From assembly GCA_963783375.1 (NCBI GenBank), contig CAWANH010000028.1:1952001-2016000 (forward strand): DNA of 64,000 bases. The letters run 5' to 3'. Within the stretch, counting starts at the first letter, position 1; each line of letters opens with the position of its first letter. The notes below the pieces were generated by a model. That model saw nothing but the letters and a program-made list of their open reading frames with translations, did not search any database and had not been told where the DNA came from. Positions 9,995 to 19,072 of the stretch are shown here, piece by piece. Source of the stretch: Candidatus Eiseniibacteriota bacterium (GTDB lineage: Bacteria; Eisenbacteria; RBG-16-71-46; JABDJR01). Both the position numbers and the translations under genes were made by a program.

Positions 9995-11319
9995 CCCACG
10001 GCGGGTCGAGCGTCCGGCGCTTCGACCGGAAGCTCATGCTCCTGGTCCTGGCCGCGCTCCTCACCGGGTGCGCGGGGCGGGGAGGCGAGCAAACCACCCT
10101 GCGCTTCTGGGCCATGGGCCGCGAGGGGGAGGTGGTGGAGAGCCTCGTCCGCGACTTCGAGCGCGAGAACCCCGGGATCCGGGTGGACGTCCAGCAGATC
10201 CCCTGGTCGGCGGCCCACGAGAAACTCCTGACCTCGATCGTGGGGCGCTCCACCCCCGACGTGGCCCAGCTCGGAAACACCTGGATCGCCGAGTTCTCCG
10301 CGCTTCGCGCGCTCCTCCCCCTCGACTCGCGCCTGGCCGCCTCGGCGGCGATGGATTCCTCCTCCTACTTCCACGGTATCTGGGACACCAACGTGGTGGG
10401 GGCGACGACCTACGGGGTGCCGTGGTACGTGGATACGCGCCTCCTCTTCTACCGGAAGGACCTGTTCGCCCGGGCCGGCTACGACTCGATCCCCGGGACC
10501 TGGGACGGCTGGCGCGAGGCCCTCGAGGCGGTGAAACGCGAGGTGGGCTCCGATCGCTACGCCATCTTCCTTCCCACCAACGAGTGGAACACCCCGGTCA
10601 TCCTGGGGCTTCAGGCCGGCTCGCCGCTCCTCGTGGACGACGACACCCGGGGCGCCTTCTCCCGGCCCGCCTTCAAGCGCGCCTTCCACTTCTACCTGGA
10701 TCTCTTCCGGGAGGAGCTGGCCCCGCCGGTCACCGGGAACGAGATCGCCAACATGTACCAGGAGTTCGCCCGCGGGTACTTCTCGATGGTGGTGACCGGC
10801 CCTTGGAACCTGGGGGAGTTCGCGCGGCGCCTGCCCCCCGAGCTGAAGGATGAATGGGGCACCTCTCCCTTTCCCGGACCCGAGGGTCCGGGGTCGGGGG
10901 TGAGCCTGGCCGGGGGGTCGAGCCTGGTGGTGTTCCGGGGCACCGAGCATCCCGACGCGGCCTGGCGGCTGCTGGAGTTCCTCTCCCGGCCCGAGGTGCA
11001 GGTGCGCTTCTACGGCCTCACCGGCGATCTTCCGGCGCGAAAGGAGGCGTGGGAAGACACGAGCCTCAGCGCCGATCCCAACCTCGCCGCGTTCCGGGTC
11101 CAGCTCGAGCGCACCGTGCCCACCCCCAAGGTCCCCGAGTGGGAGCTCATCGCCACCCGCCTCCTGGAACAGGCGGAAGCCGCGGTGCGGGGCGCGGTGG
11201 AGCCGGACTCGGCCCTGGTCAAGCTCGACCGGGAGGTGAACCGGATCCTCGAGAAGCGCCGCTGGCTCCTGGAGCACGGGCGGCTCCACGCCTACGAGTC
11301 CGCGGAGGCCGGCCGATGA
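9991..11319 (+). CDS. Sugar ABC transporter substrate-binding lipoprotein
   Basis: ATG 9991 overlaps the upstream stop; lipobox LTGC; motifs PDVAQLGNTW, PWYVDTRLLFYRKD, AGGSSLVVF. Confidence 0.9.
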   Translation: MTHGGSSVRRFDRKLMLLVLAALLTGCAGRGGEQTTLRFWAMGREGEVVESLVRDFERENPGIRVDVQQIPWSAAHEKLLTSIVGRSTPDVAQLGNTWIAEFSALRALLPLDSRLAASAAMDSSSYFHGIWDTNVVGATTYGVPWYVDTRLLFYRKDLFARAGYDSIPGTWDGWREALEAVKREVGSDRYAIFLPTNEWNTPVILGLQAGSPLLVDDDTRGAFSRPAFKRAFHFYLDLFREELAPPVTGNEIANMYQEFARGYFSMVVTGPWNLGEFARRLPPELKDEWGTSPFPGPEGPGSGVSLAGGSSLVVFRGTEHPDAAWRLLEFLSRPEVQVRFYGLTGDLPARKEAWEDTSLSADPNLAAFRVQLERTVPTPKVPEWELIATRLLEQAEAAVRGAVEPDSALVKLDREVNRILEKRRWLLEHGRLHAYESAEAGR

Positions 11320-12211
11320 GCACCGTCCTCGCCCGCCGCCAGGCCCGCTCCGCCGTCCTCTTTCTCGCCCCCGCCCTGGGGCTGATCGCCGTCTTCTTCG
11401 TGATCCCGGTGGCGGCGGGGTTGCTCCTGAGCCTCACCGACTTCGACATCTACTCCATCGGAAACCCCTCCACCGCCCGGTTCGTGGGGCTCCTGAACTA
11501 CGTCCACGTGCTCCAGGACCCCGACTTCTGGGGGGCGCTCCGGAATACGCTGTACTTCGTCCTGGTCGGGGGGCCGCTCTCGGTCCTGGTTTCGCTCGTC
11601 GCCGCGCTCCTGTTGAACGACCGCCTGGTGCGCTTCCGGAGCCTCTTCCGCACCATCTACTTCGCCCCCGTGGTCACCACCCTGGTGGCGGTGGCCATCG
11701 TCTGGCGCTACATGTACAACCCCCGCTACGGGCTCCTGAACCAGGGCCTGGAGGCATTCGGGTTCCATCCCATCGACTGGCTGGGGGATCCCCACTGGGC
11801 CATGCCCGCGATCATCCTGCTCGCGATCTGGAAGAACTTCGGCTACAACATGCTGATCTTCTTCGCCGGCCTCCAGACCATTTCCGAGTCCCTCTACGAG
11901 GCGGCCTCGATCGACGGGGCCGGCTCCTGGCGCCGGTTCCGCCACATCACCCTTCCCGGCCTCGCCCCCACCTTCCTGTTCGTGGGGGTGACCACCATGA
12001 TCGGCTACTTCCAGCTCTTCGCCGAACCCTACGTCATGACCCAGGGAGGGCCGCTCCGGAGCACCACCAGCATCGTGCTCCTCATGTACGAGCAGGGCTT
12101 CCGCTGGTGGCGGATGGGCTACGCGTCGACCATCGCGGTGGTGCTGCTCCTGATCACCCTGATCGGAACCCTGATCCAGATGCGATTCCACCGAGGGGGG
12201 GAGAGAGGTGA
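11316..12211 (+). CDS. Carbohydrate ABC transporter permease (stop out of frame by one base)
   Basis: EAA motif (LYEAASIDGA...FRHITLP) and multiple TM helices. Adding one G to the G7 run at 12195-12201 puts TGA 12209-12211 in frame as a GTGA overlap with the next gene. Confidence 0.85.
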
Positions 12212-13035
12212 CCCTTTCCCGCCCGGCGCGCTCGGCGCTCCTGCACGCGGCCCTGATCGTGGGGGCCGCCGTCACCCTCGCCCCCCTGGTCTGGATGGTC
12301 TCGGCATCCTTCATGCCCACCGGCGAGGCCAACTCCATCCCGGTACGCTTCCTCCCCAGCCGGCCGACCCTGGAGCACTACCGCGATCTCTTCACCCGGC
12401 TGAACCTGGCCCGGGTGTTCCTGAACAGCACCATCATCACCGTCACCGCCACCCTGGTCTCGGTGCTGGTGAACGCCCTGGCCGGCTACGCCTTCGCCAA
12501 GCTCCGTTTCCGGGGGCGGGACCCCCTGTTCAAGAGCCTGGCCCTGGCCCTGGTGGTCCCGGCCCAGGTGGCCATGCTGCCCCTCTTCCTGCTCCTCCGG
12601 CAGATGGGCTTCGTGAACACCTACGTCGGGGTCATGATCCCGTACTTCGCCAGCGTGTTCGGGATCTTCCTCATCCGCCAGTACGCCCTGAGCATTCCCG
12701 ACGAGCTCCTGGACGCGGCGCGGGTGGACGGGGCCAGCGAGGCCCGCGTCTTCTGGACCATCGCGGTCCCGGTGATCTCGCCGATCCTCATCACCCTGGC
12801 CGCCTTCACCTTCCTGAGCGCGTGGAACGACTTCATGTGGCCGCTCATCATCCTGAGCGACAGCCAGAACTACACCCTTCCCGTGGCCCTGGCCAACCTG
12901 GTGGGGGAGCACGTCCAGGACACCGAGCTCATGATGGCCGGCTCGGTGCTCACCGTCCTTCCCGCCCTCGGCGTGTTCCTGGTCTTCCAGCGGGCCTACG
13001 TCCGCGGGGTCATGGCGGGGAGCTTGAAGGAGTGA
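12208..13035 (+). CDS. Carbohydrate ABC transporter permease
   Basis: EAA-like motif (ELLDAARVDGA), WNDFMWPLI and multiple TM helices. Confidence 0.92.
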   Translation: MTLSRPARSALLHAALIVGAAVTLAPLVWMVSASFMPTGEANSIPVRFLPSRPTLEHYRDLFTRLNLARVFLNSTIITVTATLVSVLVNALAGYAFAKLRFRGRDPLFKSLALALVVPAQVAMLPLFLLLRQMGFVNTYVGVMIPYFASVFGIFLIRQYALSIPDELLDAARVDGASEARVFWTIAVPVISPILITLAAFTFLSAWNDFMWPLIILSDSQNYTLPVALANLVGEHVQDTELMMAGSVLTVLPALGVFLVFQRAYVRGVMAGSLKE

Positions 13036-16000
13036 TGCGCATGAGCTTCCGGTTCGGTTCGGCCCGGGGGGGACTGGGGGCGGCGGCGGGCGCCGCCGTG
13101 CTGCTCCTGACCGCCCTGCTCCCGGTCCGAGGCCTCGACGCGGCGGACACCGCGCCCCCGGTGCGGGTGGACGCCTTCGACGACGTGAGCGCCTGGTCCG
13201 CCCATCCCGCCGACGGGGTGAAGCTCGACATCGGTTCCGACGCGGGCTACGACGGCCGGGCCATGCGGCTGGACTTCCAGTTCCTGGGTGGCGGCGGCTA
13301 CGCGGTGGCGCGGCGAAAGGTGGACCTGGACCTCCCCGCCAACTACGCCTTCACCTTCCGGATCCGGGGCGACGCCCCCCCCGAGAACCTGGAGTTCAAG
13401 CTGATCGACGACACCGGAGAGAACGTGTGGTGGTTCGTTCGGCGGGACTTCACCTTCCCCGCGGAATGGACCACCTTGAAGACCCGGAAGCGCCAGATCC
13501 GGTTCGCCTGGGGGCCGGCCGGAGGGGGGGAGATCCACCACGTGGCCGCCCTGGAGATCGTGGTGACCGCGGGGAGCGGAGGGAAGGGAACGGTGTGGGT
13601 GGACGACCTCCGGCTCCGCCCGCTTCCGCCGCCGGACGCCAACCCGCCCGCCCCGGTGGCGAGCGCCTCGTCCGAGGCCGGCGGCCACCGGGCGCGCGCC
13701 GCCGCCGACGGCGACCCGGCCAGCTACTGGGCCGGCCGCGATTCGGATCGCGCGCCCTGGCTGATGCTCGACCTCGGGGAATCGCGCGAGTTCGGCGGGC
13801 TCGTCGTGGACTGGCTCCCCGGTCGCGCCCCCGCCGGCTACGTGGTGGAAGCGGCGGACGAGGACGGGAACTGGAAGACCCTGGCCGCGGTCGACAGCAC
13901 GAACGGCGGCCGCGACTACCTGTACCTCCCGGATTCGGAGTCGGACCGGGTGCGGATCCGGGCCACCGGTGGAGTGCCCGCGGACGGGGTGGCGGTCTCG
14001 GAGCTCGTGCTGGAGCCGGTGGCATTCTCGGCCGGCCGCGAGGTGTTCTTCGAGGCCATCGCCGCCGACGCCCCGCCGGGGATCTATCCCCGCGGTTTCT
14101 CCGGACAGCAGGTCTACTGGACGGTGGTGGGCCAGGACGGGGACCGGCGCGAGGTGCTGGTGAACGAGGACGGCGCGGTGGGGGCCGGCCCGGGTTCCTT
14201 CTCCCTCGAGCCCTTCGTTTTCACCGGCGGGAAGCTCACCACCTGGGCTGACGCCGGGGAGGACCAGAGCCTGATCCTGGGCGCCCTCCCCCTCCCCAGC
14301 GTCCGCCGGCGGATCGGGGACCTGCTCCTCGACGCCACGTTCTTCGCCGCCGGAGACACCGGCGCCTCCTCGGTGGTGGCGCGTTACCGGCTCCAGAACC
14401 GGGGCTCGGCGCGCTCCACCGGCACCCTGTACCTGGCGCTCCGTCCCTTCCAGGTGAACCCGCCCAGCCAGACCCTCAACAACCCGGGGGGATGCGCGCG
14501 GGTGGCTTCGATCGCGCGGGAGGGGCGGACGGTTCGGGTGAACGGCGACCGCGAGGTGATCTCGCTCACCGGGCCGGGCGGCTTCGGGGCGGCTTCGTTC
14601 GTCGAGGGCGGCGTGGTGGCGGATTACCTGGCCCACGATCGTCTGCCCGCCCGAATCGCGGTGCGCGACTCCTTCGAGGCCGCCTCGGCCGCTCTCGCCT
14701 ACCCCTTCGACCTCGGCCCGGGAGGGGCGCGCGAGGTGGACGTGGTGATCCCGCTCCATCCCGATTCCCCCCTCCCACCGGAAGGAAACGACGGCGACGG
14801 GGTCCGGTGGGTGCGGCAGAATTTCGACGCGGTCCGGGGGAACTGGTCGGCGGCCACCGACCGGGTGACCCTCAAGCTCCCCGACCCGACCTCGGCGGTG
14901 ACGGCCACGGTACGCGCCCAGCTCGGCTACATCCTGGTGAACCGCGCCGGCCCGGCCATCCGCCCCGGGGCGCGGGCCTACCGGCGGTCGTGGATCCGGG
15001 ACGGTTCCCTCACCTCCACCGCGCTCCTTCGCCTCGGCCACGCCGGGGAAGCGAAAGAGTTCCTCACCTGGTACGCGGCTCACCAGTACCCGAACGGCAA
15101 GATCCCCTGCGTGGTGGACGCGCGGGGGGCGGACCCCGTCCCCGAGCACGACTCGAGCGGCGAGTTCATCTACCTGGTCGCCGAGATCGAGCGGTACACC
15201 GGCGACCGGGCCCTGGCCGATTCGCTCTATCCCCGGGTCCTGGCCGCGGCGGCGTACCTGGACTCCCTCCGTCACGTGGACATGACGCCGGAGTACCGGG
15301 AGGGGGAGAAGCGGGCGTTCTACGGGATCCTCCCCCCGTCGATCAGCCACGAGGGCTACTCGGCCAAGCCGATGCACAGCTACTGGGACGACTTCTGGGC
15401 GCTTCGGGGGTTCGAAGACGCGGCCTACCTGGCCGGGCGGTTGGGGCACGAGGCCGACCGGAAGCGGCTGACCGCGATCCACGACGAGTTCCAGAAGGAC
15501 ATCCTGGCCTCGATCGCGGCGGCCATGGAGCGGCACGGAATCGATTACATCCCCGGCTGCGCGGATCTCGGGGACTTCGACGCGACCTCGACCACCATCG
15601 CGCTCTCGCCGGTGGACGCCCTGAACGTCCTCCCGCGGGACGCGGTGGACGCCACGTTTGAACGGTATTGGAAGTTCTTCACCGACCGCCGGGACGGAGC
15701 GGCGTGGGACGCGTTCACCCCGTACGAATTGCGGAACGTGGGGGCGTTCGTGCGGCTGGGCTGGCGGGAGCGGGCGGGGGAACTGCTGGACTGGTTCCTC
15801 AGGTACCAGCGTCCCGCGGGCTGGCGCCAGTGGGCCGAGGTGGTGGCGCACGACGAGCGGAAGCCCCGGTTCATCGGGGACATGCCCCACACCTGGGTAG
15901 GCTCGGACTACATCCGCTCGGTGCTCGACATGCTGGCCTACGAGCGGGGGGCGGACAGCACCCTGGTGCTGGGGGCGGGGGTCCAGGCGGCCTGGATCGA

Positions 16001-16313
16001 GGGCTCCGGGCTCCTGGTGCGCGGACTGGAAACGCCGTTCGGAAAGCTCAGCTACCTCATGAAGCACGACGGGAACGAGGTCACGGTACGGATCGACAAG
16101 GGGCTCCGGATCCCGCCGGGGGGGATCGTGGTGGCTCCGCCGGCGCCCGCGGGGGCGGCGGGGGTGTCGGGGGCGGAGGGCGCGGAGGGCGCGGAGGGCG
16201 CTGCCCCGCCCGCGTTCAAGGAGGCCTACGTGAACGCGAAGGCGGCGGCCTTGAGCCCCGAGGGGACGGTGGTGGTGCGCGAGGTACCGGCCACGGTGCA
16301 GTTCCGGTACTGA
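13035..16313 (+). CDS. Exported discoidin (F5/8 type C) domain protein with a putative (alpha/alpha)6 glycoside hydrolase domain
   Basis: Signal peptide; N-terminal CBM-like jelly roll; F5/8C motif (ASAS...AADGDPASYW...WLMLDLG); C-terminal barrel motifs YRRSWIRDG, EHDSSGE, YWDDFWALRG. It is the real 3' part of the fused ORF 10854-16313. Confidence 0.7.
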   Translation: MRMSFRFGSARGGLGAAAGAAVLLLTALLPVRGLDAADTAPPVRVDAFDDVSAWSAHPADGVKLDIGSDAGYDGRAMRLDFQFLGGGGYAVARRKVDLDLPANYAFTFRIRGDAPPENLEFKLIDDTGENVWWFVRRDFTFPAEWTTLKTRKRQIRFAWGPAGGGEIHHVAALEIVVTAGSGGKGTVWVDDLRLRPLPPPDANPPAPVASASSEAGGHRARAAADGDPASYWAGRDSDRAPWLMLDLGESREFGGLVVDWLPGRAPAGYVVEAADEDGNWKTLAAVDSTNGGRDYLYLPDSESDRVRIRATGGVPADGVAVSELVLEPVAFSAGREVFFEAIAADAPPGIYPRGFSGQQVYWTVVGQDGDRREVLVNEDGAVGAGPGSFSLEPFVFTGGKLTTWADAGEDQSLILGALPLPSVRRRIGDLLLDATFFAAGDTGASSVVARYRLQNRGSARSTGTLYLALRPFQVNPPSQTLNNPGGCARVASIAREGRTVRVNGDREVISLTGPGGFGAASFVEGGVVADYLAHDRLPARIAVRDSFEAASAALAYPFDLGPGGAREVDVVIPLHPDSPLPPEGNDGDGVRWVRQNFDAVRGNWSAATDRVTLKLPDPTSAVTATVRAQLGYILVNRAGPAIRPGARAYRRSWIRDGSLTSTALLRLGHAGEAKEFLTWYAAHQYPNGKIPCVVDARGADPVPEHDSSGEFIYLVAEIERYTGDRALADSLYPRVLAAAAYLDSLRHVDMTPEYREGEKRAFYGILPPSISHEGYSAKPMHSYWDDFWALRGFEDAAYLAGRLGHEADRKRLTAIHDEFQKDILASIAAAMERHGIDYIPGCADLGDFDATSTTIALSPVDALNVLPRDAVDATFERYWKFFTDRRDGAAWDAFTPYELRNVGAFVRLGWRERAGELLDWFLRYQRPAGWRQWAEVVAHDERKPRFIGDMPHTWVGSDYIRSVLDMLAYERGADSTLVLGAGVQAAWIEGSGLLVRGLETPFGKLSYLMKHDGNEVTVRIDKGLRIPPGGIVVAPPAPAGAAGVSGAEGAEGAEGAAPPAFKEAYVNAKAAALSPEGTVVVREVPATVQFRY

Positions 16314-16699
16314 TCCGGAGACGGGGCCCGTGCTCGTCGGTTGCAGGCAGGCGTTGTTCCTCGGGGGAGCTCCGGGCGCGGCCGTCGGACGGGTGCACCT
16401 CCCGCTTCTCGGGCCCGTTCCCTCGAAACGTCCCCCGAACGTTTCTTCGGTCACTCCGCCGGCGCGAGGGGGCCCCGTCACCGCCTCGCCTTCGGCTCGC
16501 CGGAGCCGCCCATCGCGCCGCCGAGCCTCTCGTCGCGCGAGGTGCACGCCGTCCTCGGCCGCGACCACGTCCCTCCCGGCGCGCTGTGGCGACTCGCTCC
16601 CGTTCACATGCCGTCTTGGCCCCGTGGATACCAGAATCCCGAAGGACGTAGTCATGACAAGGTTCGCGATAGAGACTTCAGTGCGACCCCGGGAACGAA

Positions 16700-17243
16700 C
16701 CGGTCCATCCCGCGGGCGCGGACCCGAAGTTCACCCGGGTGAACTCGTGCTTCCCCGGGGAAGCAATGTTCGCGATAAAGGTGTCGCCAAGAGAGGCCCG
16801 CGCGCGTTCAGCCGTCGAGCGCGTGACCGGCCCGAGCCGGTCCATCCCGCGGACGCGGACCCGAAGTTCACCCGGGTGTACTTGTGCTTCCCCGGGGAAG
16901 CAATGTTCGCGATAAAGGTGTCGCCAAGAGAGGCCCGCGCGCGTTCATCTGTCGAGCGCGTGACCGGCCCGAGCCGGCCCATCCCGCGGGCGCGGACCCG
17001 AAGTTCACCCGGGTGAACACGCGCTTCCCCGGGGAGGCAATGTTCGCGATAAAGGTGTCGCCAAGAGAGGCCCGCGCGCGTTCATCTGTCGAGCGCGTGA
17101 CCGGCCCGAGCCGGCCCGTCCCCGGACGCGGACACGCAGCACACCAGGGCGTACCCTGAGTTCACCCGGGTTTACTCCTGCTTCCCCGGGGAAGCAATGT
17201 TCGCAATAAAGTCTTTAGTGCGAACAAAATTCACCCGGGTGAA
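16700..17243. repeat. Tandem array of 137-bp units, each carrying two 18-bp palindromes
   Basis: Units start at 16700, 16837, 16974 and 17111 (the last is degenerate). AGTTCACCCGGGTGAACT-type palindromes at 16728, 16865, 17002, 17159 and a partial one at 17230. TGCTTCCCCGGGGAAGCA-type palindromes at 16748, 16885, 17022 and 17179. Confidence 0.95.
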
Positions 17244-17255
17244 CTTCGCCGCACC

Positions 17256-17561
17256 TCACCCCGCCTTGCGCAGAACCTGGACCTCGGCGACGAGACGTTC
17301 GCCCAATCGGTCCTTCTCCGTCTCGAGGTCGAAACGGACCTGCAGGTTGAGCCAGAAGCGGTCCGTGGTGCCGAAGTACCGGGCCAGCCGGAGGGCGGTG
17401 TCGGCGTTGATGCCGCGGGTGCCGTGGACAATATCATTGATCCGCCGCGGCGGTACGGAGATGTCCTTGGCCAGGCGGTACTTGCTGATTTCCAGTGGAT
17501 GGAGAAACTCCTCCAGAAGAATCTCTCCGGGGTGCGTCGGTGGGAGCTTTCTTGCCGGCAT
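17256..17561 (-). CDS. higA: HigA-family addiction module antitoxin (XRE HTH)
   Basis: MPARKLPPTHPGEILLEEFL...LAKDISVPPRRINDIVHGTRGINADTALRLARYFGTTDRFWLNLQ is a canonical HigA/VapI sequence. Confidence 0.92.
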   Translation of the reverse strand: MPARKLPPTHPGEILLEEFLHPLEISKYRLAKDISVPPRRINDIVHGTRGINADTALRLARYFGTTDRFWLNLQVRFDLETEKDRLGERLVAEVQVLRKAG

Positions 17562-17563
17562 GA

Positions 17564-17659
17564 TCAACCCCGGTGATGGTCAACGATCTCCACGTCGTGG
17601 GCGTCTCCGCCCGCCCAACGGAAACAGACACGCCATTGATCGTTGATCCGGATGCTGTA
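17564..17659 (-). pseudogene. higB: 3' remnant of a HigB (RelE/ParE) toxin
   Basis: Translates to YSIRINDQWRVCFRWAGGDAHDVEIVDHHRG*, the conserved HigB C-terminus. It lies directly upstream of higA and has no start codon or N-terminal two-thirds (the GH1 gene ends at 17683). Confidence 0.85.
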
Positions 17660-17682
17660 GCGCGTTTTCCGGGCGCCCGTGC

Positions 17683-19068
17683 CTACTCGTCCAGCGCCGC
17701 GCCGTGGGTCGCGATGACCCGCCGGTAGAAGTCCGCGCTCGACTTCAACGTCCGCTCCCCGGTGGCGTGGTTCACGTGGATCAGGCCGAAGCGCATGGAG
17801 GTGCCGAGCGCCCACTCCACGTTGTCGAGGAGCGACCAGGCGAAGTAGCCGCGGACGTCGGCGCCCTGCCGGATGGCCTCGTGGAGGGCGCGCAGGTGGC
17901 TCCGGAGATACGCCGTGCGGCGGGGATCGTCGACCCGGCCCCCCGCCGCCACCGGCGGGTCCGGAAACGCCGCCCCGTTCTCGGTGATGTAGAGGGGGCG
18001 GTCGCCGTAGCGCTCCTTCACCCACAGGAGGACGTCGGTGAAGCTCGGGGGGTATACCTCCCAGCCGATGTCGGTGACCTCGATCCCGGGCTGGCGGACC
18101 GGTCGCGCGGGAACCGGCCGGGTCGTCGGGTCGTGAGCCACCACCGCGCGGGTGTAGTAGTTCACCCCCAGGAAGTCCACCGGCTCGCCGATCAGCGCGA
18201 AGTCCTCGGGGGAGTAATCGACCCAGGCCTCGCCGTAGATCCCGGGCAGCTCCTCCGGGTTCCTCCCCAGGAACACCGGGTCCAGGAACTGCCGGTTCAT
18301 GTAGGCGTCGGCGAGCGCGGTGGCCCGAAGGTCCTCCGGCGACTCCGAAGCCGGGAGCTTGGGCTCCAGGTTCACCACCAGGCCGATCCGCCCTGACGAT
18401 TCCGACCGGAACGCCTGGACCGCGGCGCCGTGGGCGCGGAGGAGATTCCGGGCGGCCCGCGCCGCCTCGAAGAGACTCCGGTGGCCCGGGGCGTGGACGC
18501 CGTGGAGGTAGCCGGCGTCGACCACCACCCAGGGCTCGTTCAGGGTCATCCACCCCTTCACCCGGTCGCCCAGGGCCCGTGCCACGGTCAGGGTGTAGTC
18601 GGCGAACCACGAGGCGACGTCGGGATTGAGCCAGCCTCCGCGATCGTCCAGCGCCGCGGGGAGGTCCCAGTGGTAGAGGGTCGCCCAGGGCTCGATCCCC
18701 CGCTCGAGGAGCCCGTCCACCAGCCGGTCGTAGAAACCCAATCCGGCGAGGTTGACCGCGCCGCGGCCCTCCGGGAACACCCGGGCCCAGGCGATCGAGA
18801 ACCGGTAGGCGTCGAGGCCGAGCCCGCCCATGAGCGCCACGTCTTCCGGCCAGCGGTGGTAGTGGTCGCAGGCGCGGTCGCCGGTCTCGCCGTTTCGGGT
18901 CATGCCGGGGGTGTGGGAGAAGCGGTGCCAGATGCTGGGGCCGGCCCCGTCGGCCAGGGGGGAGCCCTCGATCTGATAGGCCGAGGTGGCCGCCCCCCAG
19001 AGAAACCCTTCGGGGAAGCGGCCCGCCGCCGCTCCGGCCGAACCGGGATCGTTTGCTTCCGGGCCCAC
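17683..19068 (-). CDS. GH1 beta-glucosidase
   Basis: FPEGFLWGAATSAYQIEG, TLNEP (acid/base), YITENG (nucleophile), WSLLDNVEW. Probable GTG start at 19068. Confidence 0.93.
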   Translation of the reverse strand: MGPEANDPGSAGAAAGRFPEGFLWGAATSAYQIEGSPLADGAGPSIWHRFSHTPGMTRNGETGDRACDHYHRWPEDVALMGGLGLDAYRFSIAWARVFPEGRGAVNLAGLGFYDRLVDGLLERGIEPWATLYHWDLPAALDDRGGWLNPDVASWFADYTLTVARALGDRVKGWMTLNEPWVVVDAGYLHGVHAPGHRSLFEAARAARNLLRAHGAAVQAFRSESSGRIGLVVNLEPKLPASESPEDLRATALADAYMNRQFLDPVFLGRNPEELPGIYGEAWVDYSPEDFALIGEPVDFLGVNYYTRAVVAHDPTTRPVPARPVRQPGIEVTDIGWEVYPPSFTDVLLWVKERYGDRPLYITENGAAFPDPPVAAGGRVDDPRRTAYLRSHLRALHEAIRQGADVRGYFAWSLLDNVEWALGTSMRFGLIHVNHATGERTLKSSADFYRRVIATHGAALDE

Positions 19069-19072
19069 GCGC

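Noticed and set aside
16170-16202. 9-bp tandem repeat encoding GAEGAEGAEG
   Set aside because: A short in-frame low-complexity linker with no sign of a separate function.
10854-16313. 1819-aa permease-hydrolase fusion ORF
   Set aside because: The middle section is off-frame nonsense overlapping the real permease 12208-13035. A single missing G at 12195-12201 explains the read-through.
16330-17159. Protein-coding ORFs across the repeat region
   Set aside because: The translations simply mirror the DNA repeat in shifting frames, with no RBS or recognisable domain.
16700-17243. CRISPR array
   Set aside because: The sequence between palindromes is near-identical from unit to unit (no unique spacers), the period is 137 bp, and there are no cas genes in the window.
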